From positions 192,001-256,000 of the forward strand of contig CAWGYD010000010.1 of assembly GCA_963826785.1 (NCBI GenBank): 64,000 bases of DNA, given 5' to 3'. Position 1 is the first letter of the stretch. Every line of letters begins with the position of its first letter. Positions 58,000-64,000 of this stretch are shown in pieces. The position numbers and the translations under genes were made by a program. Source of the DNA: an uncultured delta proteobacterium. GTDB lineage: Bacteria; Desulfobacterota; Desulfobacteria; Desulfobacterales; Desulfosalsimonadaceae. The notes under the pieces were generated by a model. It saw only the letters and a program-made list of their open reading frames with translations, was not told where the DNA came from and ran no database searches.

Positions 58000-58803
58000 A
58001 TGAACGACATTCGCGACAATCTCTTCGGCCCCGTTTCAGACCGGATCTATGCGGCCGCCATCATTGCCGAGGAACCCGGCATTCTGGCCGGATCGGCAGC
58101 TGCGGCTGAAAAGGCCCGTGAACTGGGCCTGAAGATGATATCCTTTAAACCGGCGGGCGCCCGAATTCTTCAAGGTGAGACACTCGGCGCATTTTCCGGA
58201 TCGCCATTGCAACTTGCCCGGGCCGGGGACCTGCTGGCCGGATGCATGGCCAAGCCGTCCGGGATTGCCACCGCTGCCCGGCAATTTGTGGAAAAAGCCG
58301 GCAGCCGTCCAAAGATCGTGTGCGGGGCCTGGAAAAAGATGCCCGCCCCGATCAAGGGGATCATCCGGGAGGCCGTTGCTGCCGGCGGTGCGGGCATCCG
58401 GGTCAGCGAGGCCCCCTTTGTCTACCTGGACAAAAATATGGTGAAGATGCTGGGCGGCATCCGGGCTGCACTGGATGCTGCAAAAAGAATAGAGGGCCGG
58501 GTGCGGGTCATCCAGATCGACGGAAAAATGGAAAACATTTCCGAAGAAGCCGTCCTTGCCGCCCGTGGCGGTGCCGGCATCATCTTCATCGATTCCGGCG
58601 TTATCACGGATATAGACCGGGTTTCACGCGCACTGGCACATGCCGGCCTGCGCTCAAGTGTCTTTCTGGCCTACGGGGGCGGCATCACCCTGGCCGATAT
58701 GGACCGGATCTGTGACACCGACGCGGATATCGTGGATGTGGGCCGGGCCATCATCGATGCACCGCTTCTGGATATGCGCCTGGAGGTGGCGGCAGATCAA
58801 TGA
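58000..58803 (+). CDS. Divergent NadC/ModD-family (type II) phosphoribosyltransferase
   Basis: EPGILAG, SGIATAA, AVAAGG, DKN, IIFID, GGI, DIVDVG, APLLD; the canonical TRKT motif is replaced by AWKK. Confidence 0.8.
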   Translation: MNDIRDNLFGPVSDRIYAAAIIAEEPGILAGSAAAAEKARELGLKMISFKPAGARILQGETLGAFSGSPLQLARAGDLLAGCMAKPSGIATAARQFVEKAGSRPKIVCGAWKKMPAPIKGIIREAVAAGGAGIRVSEAPFVYLDKNMVKMLGGIRAALDAAKRIEGRVRVIQIDGKMENISEEAVLAARGGAGIIFIDSGVITDIDRVSRALAHAGLRSSVFLAYGGGITLADMDRICDTDADIVDVGRAIIDAPLLDMRLEVAADQ

Positions 58804-59678
58804 CCCATCGGCTGCTTGAAAAAACCGAACTCTGGATCCGCGGCATCGTGCTCGAGGGGGCCGATTTAAATGAGATCGCGAAAGCGGTGGCCGATATCCT
58901 GGGGATTTCACCCCGCCATGTGCTGGTCACCGATTATCAATGCCCGGATCTGGCCCTGGATGTACTTGCCCAGACCATCGATCCGGCACATTTTGCCGGC
59001 CGGAAAAATGCACTGTTTGAGCGCCTCTTAAAAATCGCCGGGGTGAAAATCTCGTCCGATGCCGATATCGGCGCAAACGGGATGCTGGGATGGCTCGCGG
59101 CGGACCCGGAGCAATCCGGTGCGTCTGTTGCCCGCTCGGCGGAAATGATCCGGGAAATCAATTCCCGCATTCAATCCCGGGCCATTGTCTTTTCCACGGG
59201 AAGCGAGGTGGCCGCCGGCCAGATCAGGGACACTAACACCCCTCTGATCTGCGCATTGCCTGGAAAAGATCGGCTATACGTCAACCCCCGGCCCCACCCT
59301 CCCCGACGACCGCAACCGCATTGCCGCAAAACTGAGACAGGCGGCCGATGAACAGGGATACGGGCTGATCATCACCACCGGCGGGGTGGGCGCTGAAGGA
59401 AAAGACCACACCATAGAAGCCGTCCTCACGGTAATCCCCGATGCAGCCGCCCCCTATGTGTGTCATTTCGAGGTGGGCACCGGCCGGCATGTCAAGGACG
59501 GGGTCCGGATCGCCGCCGGTTGCCGGGGGAAACGCTGATCATCGCGCTTCCGGGACCCAATGATGAAGTGAGACAGTGCATGACCGTCATTGCCGGGTTT
59601 CTCCCCCATGACCCCGATCCTGCCCGCCTGGCAGACGCACTGGCCGCCTGCCTGCGCCTCAGATGGCACCATCCTTAA
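58800..59678 (+). pseudogene. Molybdopterin-binding (MoCF/MogA/CinA-like) protein with N-terminal extension, broken by two compensating frameshifts (or assembly errors)
   Basis: Frame 1 to STGSEV...IRDTN; +1 frame about 59257-59530 has LPDD...IITTGGVG..KDHT; returns to the first frame at the G5 run 59525-59529 with IIALPGP. Confidence 0.8.
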
Positions 59679-61120
59679 ACGTGATAAATTTTGTCCGCGC
59701 CCGTCTTTGGATCCAAATAGGTGATCACGCTCTTATAGGATCTTAAATCCACGACAGCGGTGGCTTTCAGGGGGTCATCGGTCCAGGAGATGACGACCTG
59801 GTCCTCGGGGCAGTCTTCGATCCTGAATGTGCCGTTAAATACCGGGTACTCGGACCTGAATTTCATCAGCGCCATCAATCGCTTCACGGCCGGTTTTTCC
59901 ATGGCCGCGCCGACCTCCTCCAGGGTGTAGTTGTGGCGGTTGATGAAGCGGCCGTTTCGGGTGCGCTCCACCAGTTGGATGTCGTTCTCGCCGGCCAGCA
60001 GACCCACGTAGTAAACCTGGGGGATGCCCGGGGCGAAAAACTGGATGGTCCGGGCGGCCAGATAGGCGTCGTCGTTGTTTTCCAGGGCCGAATAATAGGT
60101 GCAGTTTACCTGGTAGATGTCCAGGTTGTGGTACTCGGCTCCCGAATACATCCGCTTCATGTTGGACCCTTTTTCATAGAGTCCGTTCAAGGTCTTATCG
60201 ATCAGGTCATCGGACATCAGCCCGCGCACATCCACCACGCCGATGCCGTCATGGGTGTCCAGCGTGGTGATCTGCTTGCGGGGGCAGATCTCCAGCCATT
60301 GCTTGAGCTCCTTGTGAGTATGGTGATACAGGGTGTGGATCAGCAGCATGGGCAGGGAAAAATCGTAGCACCAGTACCCTTTTTCCGAAAGCTTGAGCTG
60401 GTAGCGGTGATGCTCGTGCACCTCGGGGAGGATGTCCGCGCCGAAAGGACGAACATATTCTGCCAGCCACCGGATGACATCCCATATCTCCGGCTCCTCG
60501 AAAAAGCAACGGGTGCCGATCTTCTTGATCACATAGGCGATGGCATCGAGCCGGATCATCTTTGCCCGGGTCCGGGCCAGGTTGATCAGGTTGTAGCGAA
60601 GAAAACTACGGGTGACCGGGGAGCCGATATCGATATCGATCTGCTCGGTATCGAACGTGCACCACACCTTTTCCCGTGATCCGTCCTTTCGGTCCTGAAC
60701 GATATAGGGCGGACGGGGCTTGCGCGTATACACCTTCTCCAGCTCCGCATCCGTAATCGGCTCCTTGCGCAGCTTGTCAAAGGTGAGAAACATGTCCGCA
60801 TATTCGGACTTGCTGCTTTTTTCCGTAAAATCCTGGTAGTAGTGGGATTGCCGGGAGATGTGGTTCACCATGAAATCGAGAATCAGATCGAATTCCGCCC
60901 CGATCAACTCCAGGTCTTTCCAGCGCCCGAATCGCGGATCCACCTCTTCGTAGGTCTTGGGCGCAAATCCCCGGTCGCTGCTGGAGGGATACACCGGCAG
61001 GATGTGGACCCCGCCGATGACATCGGCCAGGTATCGCTTCAGCACGTAATGGAGTTCGGCCAGGTTGTCTCCCAGGCTGTCCGGGTAGGTGATCAGTTGC
61101 ACTTTGTTCTGAATGGTCAT
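59675..61120 (-). CDS. gtfA: Sucrose phosphorylase (GH13_18)
   Basis: VQLITYPDSLG, DRGFAP, MVNHIS, IRLDA, LPEVH, DTHDGIG, LDIYQ loop, PQVYYVG. Confidence 0.85.
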   Translation of the reverse strand: MTIQNKVQLITYPDSLGDNLAELHYVLKRYLADVIGGVHILPVYPSSSDRGFAPKTYEEVDPRFGRWKDLELIGAEFDLILDFMVNHISRQSHYYQDFTEKSSKSEYADMFLTFDKLRKEPITDAELEKVYTRKPRPPYIVQDRKDGSREKVWCTFDTEQIDIDIGSPVTRSFLRYNLINLARTRAKMIRLDAIAYVIKKIGTRCFFEEPEIWDVIRWLAEYVRPFGADILPEVHEHHRYQLKLSEKGYWCYDFSLPMLLIHTLYHHTHKELKQWLEICPRKQITTLDTHDGIGVVDVRGLMSDDLIDKTLNGLYEKGSNMKRMYSGAEYHNLDIYQVNCTYYSALENNDDAYLAARTIQFFAPGIPQVYYVGLLAGENDIQLVERTRNGRFINRHNYTLEEVGAAMEKPAVKRLMALMKFRSEYPVFNGTFRIEDCPEDQVVISWTDDPLKATAVVDLRSYKSVITYLDPKTGADKIYHV

Positions 61121-61206
61121 GCGTCCATTTCTTTCATCGGGCGGTTTGCATTTTTCAAATAGGCCCTTTTGTGTAGATCCGTTGCGGTGCAAATCAGGAA
61201 AAATTT

Positions 61207-63375
61207 TTATCCGAGAAAACGGTAATGGTCCATTCCTTCCAAAATTCCGGCGGCGCAGGCTTTGTCGGCGAAATAGACGTATTTGGCGCCTTTTAATTTT
61301 TTGAGTTCCGGACTGAAGTTGCCCACCACTACACCGCGCGGTTCGCCCCGGAGCATTTCCTCGTCATTTCCCGAATCCCCGCAGACCAGAAAGGCGGACA
61401 GGGGCACTTCCCACTTGTAGCTCAGGTAGCGGATGGCTTTTCCCTTGGAGGCACGGTACGGCAGGATATCCACGAACTGCTCGTGGGAATAGACCAGGGT
61501 ATATCGGCACTTGTTTCCCACCAGGCAGTTATGAACCTCGGTGATCCGGTCTTTTCCCGGGTCGATGTTGTAGCTGACCTTGAATTTGCGCTGGGCTTCT
61601 TCCGCCTGGTATTCAAGGAATTTAAACCGCTTCAGCAGATCGCGCACTTTCTTCCGGTCCCACCGGTCCGCGATGTGGGCTTCCCACCCTTTGTCGTACT
61701 CCAGATCGGGTCCATAGTAAATTTCAGTCCCCACCGACGCCACGATAACGTCCGGCGGCGCCACCCGGTATTCTTCGAGAATGTCTACCGCCGAATCGAT
61801 GGTCCTGCCGGTGGACACACCGAAACCGAGCTTCTGACGATGATCCGCCACCGCCTGGAGCAGGGGCTCGAGCCCGGCGTTTTCTTCCCCGATCAGGGTA
61901 TTGTCGATGTCGGTGATCAGAAACCGCTCCACGTTCACCAGCCGTTTTCCCACGGGTTTGCCGTTTCCGGGGGTAATGCCGGCCGCTCCTTTTTCATTGG
62001 CCAGAGGGACGGCCGCTTTCATGTAGGCATCCGCATGCTGTTCCCAGGCATAGTGCTTCCTGACGTTCATGATGCCGTTTTTGGAATATTGGTTCCAGAG
62101 CGTTTCATCGGTCAGGATTTTCCGGATCGCTCCCGTGATGGCCTGATGATCGTTCGGGTCCACCAGGATTCCGTTTTCGCAATTTTCGATGATGTCCCGG
62201 GGGCCGCCGTCGTTGGTGGCCACCAGGGGCAGTCCGGTGGCGGCGGCCTCCAGCAGGGTCAGGCCGAAGGGCTCGGTCCATGCGGCATTGACGAAAACTC
62301 CCCGTTTGCCTGCGGCGATGCGGTAGAGTTCGGGCACCTCGGATGCGACGTCGTGCTCCTTGGGAATGGCCAGTTTCCCATAGAGGTCATACCGGTCCAT
62401 GTCGAGCAGCATCTGGGTGAGGACCTGCTTTTCGTTTTCCTCCATGTCGTCGATGTCCTTGCGGATGCCGGCGAATACGGCCAGGTTGGCCATGGCCTGC
62501 AATTCATGATCCTCACCATAGGCCTTTACCAGCCCGGTGATGTTTTTGCGCTTGTCCGGCCGGCAGATCGCCAGGATCAGCGGCTTGTCCGGATACATGA
62601 GAAACCGCTCCAACTGGTTTAAAAGAGTGGCCTGGGCGTATTTTTCCAGTTCGGATTTTTCGAATTCCGGAAGCCGGTCATGGTAATACGGGTAAAACCG
62701 CTCCAGGTCGATTCCCGGCGGGATGACCCGGTATTCGGGAAATTCCGAGTTGCGGTACATGCCGTACTGGTTTGAAATTTCCTGGCGGGTGCTGGTGACG
62801 ATCAGGTCCGCATTCCGGATGATCCGCTCTTCGATGGAAATCCGGGTATCCATTCGATAACTTCTGGAGATTTCCTTTTCCGGCATGCCGTCGTTTACAA
62901 GCTTCTGTTTCTTGGGCCTTCCCAGGCTGTGGCCGGTAAAGGCAAAGGGGACGCCGAAGATGCGGGCCAGCTCCATGGCCACGTATCCGGCGTCCGGATA
63001 ATGGCCGTGGACGATATCCGGCAGCCGGTTTTTCTTGATGAATTTGATGGTTTTGTCGATGAATTCATCCAGATGCGGCCACAGCAGTTCCTTTCGCATG
63101 TATTTTTTCCCGCCGCACTGGATCCGGATGACTCGGCATTTATCATCGACTTTCGACACCGGCTGGGCATAATCCGGCGAGACCGAGGGATCGTCGATGA
63201 GCCGCGTAAACAGATCGACCTGGCAGACATCGTCCCTGCGGCACAGATTTTTCACCAGTTCGAGCACATACGTCACCTGCCCGCCCGTATCGGCATCCCG
63301 CCCCAGTTCCGGGTTCTCCGGCCGGATCAGGCCGTGAATGGAAAACATCTGAATGTATAGTTTTTCTTTGGCCAT
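61207..63375 (-). CDS. Sucrose-phosphate synthase with C-terminal HAD sucrose-phosphatase domain
   Basis: ELGRDADTGGQVTYV, HGHY, TGHSLG, RPDKRKN, EPFGLT; TDIDNTL, ASKG, GDSGND. Confidence 0.92.
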   Translation of the reverse strand: MAKEKLYIQMFSIHGLIRPENPELGRDADTGGQVTYVLELVKNLCRRDDVCQVDLFTRLIDDPSVSPDYAQPVSKVDDKCRVIRIQCGGKKYMRKELLWPHLDEFIDKTIKFIKKNRLPDIVHGHYPDAGYVAMELARIFGVPFAFTGHSLGRPKKQKLVNDGMPEKEISRSYRMDTRISIEERIIRNADLIVTSTRQEISNQYGMYRNSEFPEYRVIPPGIDLERFYPYYHDRLPEFEKSELEKYAQATLLNQLERFLMYPDKPLILAICRPDKRKNITGLVKAYGEDHELQAMANLAVFAGIRKDIDDMEENEKQVLTQMLLDMDRYDLYGKLAIPKEHDVASEVPELYRIAAGKRGVFVNAAWTEPFGLTLLEAAATGLPLVATNDGGPRDIIENCENGILVDPNDHQAITGAIRKILTDETLWNQYSKNGIMNVRKHYAWEQHADAYMKAAVPLANEKGAAGITPGNGKPVGKRLVNVERFLITDIDNTLIGEENAGLEPLLQAVADHRQKLGFGVSTGRTIDSAVDILEEYRVAPPDVIVASVGTEIYYGPDLEYDKGWEAHIADRWDRKKVRDLLKRFKFLEYQAEEAQRKFKVSYNIDPGKDRITEVHNCLVGNKCRYTLVYSHEQFVDILPYRASKGKAIRYLSYKWEVPLSAFLVCGDSGNDEEMLRGEPRGVVVGNFSPELKKLKGAKYVYFADKACAAGILEGMDHYRFLG

Positions 63376-64000
63376 TTACTTCCTGTTAACCAGTTTGAGA
63401 TAGGGTTCGTAAAAGTCGTGCGCGTCCGGCACGGCCCCGGCAATGGTGCAGATATCTCCGGCAAAGCGCGATGCAGTCTCAAGGGTCTGTTTCGATGGCC
63501 ATCCGTTTAAATAGCCGACCACCAGCATGGCCGCATACGCATCCCCTGCCCCCACCGTATCCTGCACCTGCCGGATTTCCGGGACCCCCGCCTCATATAG
63601 GTCCTCCGGCGTCACCAGCATGCTTCCCGAACTGCCCCGGGTCACGGCCATGTTCCGGATCCCGAAGCGCTCCATCAGCAAGCCGGGCAATTGCTGGCGG
63701 GTTGCCTCCGGCGCAAACATTTCCCCCAGCAGGACCAGTTCGTCCGCGTTGAGTTTCAGATAATCCGTGTGCCCCAGGGAAGCGTGGATGATCTCTTTAG
63801 AATAGGCATTTTGCCGCAGGTTGACATCATAAAAGGCAACTGTGGCCGCATCTTTGTTCTCAAGAAATGCCTGGAGCCGCTCCATCGCTTTTGCGGTGCG
63901 CTGCACCAGGGTGCCGAAATAGATCAGTTCCACCCCGTTGCCGCCGGAAAGTGAATCCGGGTGATCCGGCAGTTCGATCCGGTCATAGGCGACATTTTCT
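63376..64000 (-). CDS. PfkB-family carbohydrate kinase (fructokinase-like), 5' end outside the window
   Basis: YFGTL, DVNLR, KLN..EL, VTRG, DTVGAGDA; frame is open to the edge (ENVAYDRI...). Confidence 0.9.
   Translation of the reverse strand, partial: ENVAYDRIELPDHPDSLSGGNGVELIYFGTLVQRTAKAMERLQAFLENKDAATVAFYDVNLRQNAYSKEIIHASLGHTDYLKLNADELVLLGEMFAPEATRQQLPGLLMERFGIRNMAVTRGSSGSMLVTPEDLYEAGVPEIRQVQDTVGAGDAYAAMLVVGYLNGWPSKQTLETASRFAGDICTIAGAVPDAHDFYEPYLKLVNRK

Noticed and set aside
1..64000. CRISPR arrays, tRNA/rRNA genes, transposases, integrases, prophage or defence genes
   Set aside because: No regularly spaced repeats, cloverleaf-like intergenic segments or matching protein motifs found by eye; intergenic gaps are short.

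Overview
A GC-rich bacterial chromosomal window, most consistent with an anaerobic Desulfobacterota (Desulfobacterales-like) genome; this is inferred from gene content such as two tungsten-type aldehyde:ferredoxin oxidoreductases, a stand-alone EF-G and a NIL ferredoxin. It holds about 50 genes and I found no rRNA, tRNA, CRISPR array or transposase. In order: asnB with a partial glutamate-cysteine-ligase-like gene, divergent from a cereblon (CULT) domain gene; fusA plus a P-loop ATPase; NIL-ferredoxin-mnmA-mtaB; an acyl-CoA/lipid catabolic region (CoA-transferase III, two multidomain fusions sharing a duplicated SDR-SCP2 module, an SCP2-type thiolase, Fe-ADH, SCP2, AOR, TetRs); envelope and housekeeping genes (Skp, AI-2E, LpxR, thyX); a glycogen cluster; a signal-peptide NiSOD; a PAS hybrid kinase; a ThiF-MoaD-AOR block; an uncharacterised operon (ferredoxin, LarA/DUF362-like, divergent NadC-like, frameshifted MoCF-domain gene); and a sucrose module (PfkB kinase, SPS-SPP, sucrose phosphorylase). 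The main hidden signal, missed by the ORF track, is an outer-membrane beta-barrel gene (21300..22214, minus). Its signal peptide is joined to the barrel through an in-frame TGA in a U-G-C motif followed by a SECIS-like hairpin, making it a candidate selenoprotein. All family assignments come from motif recognition by eye, not from database searches.
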